Origin: Cyanophora paradoxa CCMP329
Taxonomy: Eukaryota > Plantae > Glaucophyta
Assembly: GCA_004431415.1 (NCBI GenBank)
Contig: QPMI01000522.1
Span: forward strand, 124,001 to 188,000
DNA length: 64,000 nt
Direction of reading: 5' to 3'
Of the stretch, positions 63,179-64,000 are shown piece after piece (the first letter of the stretch is position 1; each line of letters starts with the position of its first letter). The notes beneath the pieces were generated by a model. The model saw only the letters and a program-made list of their open reading frames with translations. It was not told the origin of the DNA and did not search any database. Made by a program: the position numbers and the translations under genes.

Positions 63179-63835
63179 TAGAATAGCGATCGCGGTAACA
63201 TAAATATACACATCGAGAGATAATAGCTATCAAGTTTAATTTAACCGATTGCGAAGGCTTACTGATTGCAGAACTTTAACGTTGCGAAATTGACGGTCGA
63301 CGTCGCGGCACTTTGGTCGAAGGATGGAGGCTCGCGATCGATCGCGATGCCGAAGGCGCCCGGGTGCGAGGCAGCAGCGGTGCCGGTGCTGGCCGTGGCC
63401 GTGGCCTCGGCACTGCCAAAGGGAGCTCGCAATTGGTTCGAAGGGTTCAAGTTCGGAGTCGGATTCGGGGAGGGGCCGCGGCTGGAAGGAGAGCGCGGGC
63501 TCGAGGACATTTGCGCGATACGGGAGCGCACGAGCCAGGGGGGTAAGAATTTGTCGTCAGCGCCTGCGACGAGCACCCCAGGGGGGTATGTATGAGCAAA
63601 CTCGAGTAGCACGGTGCACGTTCGTGTACATGTGTGAAATTTGTTCTTAAAAATGAATACTCATTCTGATCATGAGCTTAAAAAGCTTTAGCTATAGATT
63701 TCACGCAGTTGCCGAGCTATTATGATCACAGCAACATCATGATCAGAACTAATTATATATCATAGTATATAACGTTAACGGTAATTCGATGACGCGCTGT
63801 CGACATCATAGCAACCCTAAATCATTGAATCTAAT

Positions 63836-63907
63836 TATAACGGCAATTCGAAAATGCTCGCGCTAAACGAGTATATAACGGCAATTCGAAAATGCTCACG
63901 TTAAACG
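63836..63907. repeat. Direct repeat, 2 x 34 bp with 38-bp period (TATAACGGCAATTCGAAAATGCTC...TAAACG)
   Basis: Two copies with 2 mismatches, upstream of the RWP-RK gene. Confidence 0.85.
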
Positions 63908-64000
63908 TTCTGGTCACTCACCGTTCTTATGGATTCGCTCGAGATAGGTCGGGTTCCCGGATATGGGCACGAAGAGGTTCGAATTCGGCATGCGCAGCCG

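Overview
This is GC-rich eukaryotic nuclear DNA with many short (about 50-100 nt) spliceosomal introns, so the six-frame ORFs are exon fragments. Intron style and gene content suggest an alga or protist, possibly a glaucophyte such as Cyanophora, but that assignment is inference only. From left to right the window holds: a probable decayed LTR-element end; a low-complexity unknown gene; a head-to-head uridine/purine nucleoside phosphorylase and WrbA quinone reductase pair whose reconstructed start codons are 91 bp apart; an internally deleted Helitron2/Helentron-like element with subterminal inverted repeats, carrying a zinc-finger/DUF6570-like gene; a roughly 16-kb gene for a giant secreted REJ-GAIN/GPS protein that keeps the HL|TTFAVF cleavage/Stachel motif but has no 7TM or channel domain; a TmcB-like membrane protein with several GC-AG introns; a hybrid histidine kinase with about 7 tandem GAF domains, one intron of which holds a young gag-only LTR retroelement (apparently identical LTRs, TG..TA termini, 4-bp TSD); and an RWP-RK transcription factor. 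Non-coding DNA is rich in short palindromes, with motif preferences that differ by region. All gene models are manual reconstructions with no database searches; several start codons are tentative.
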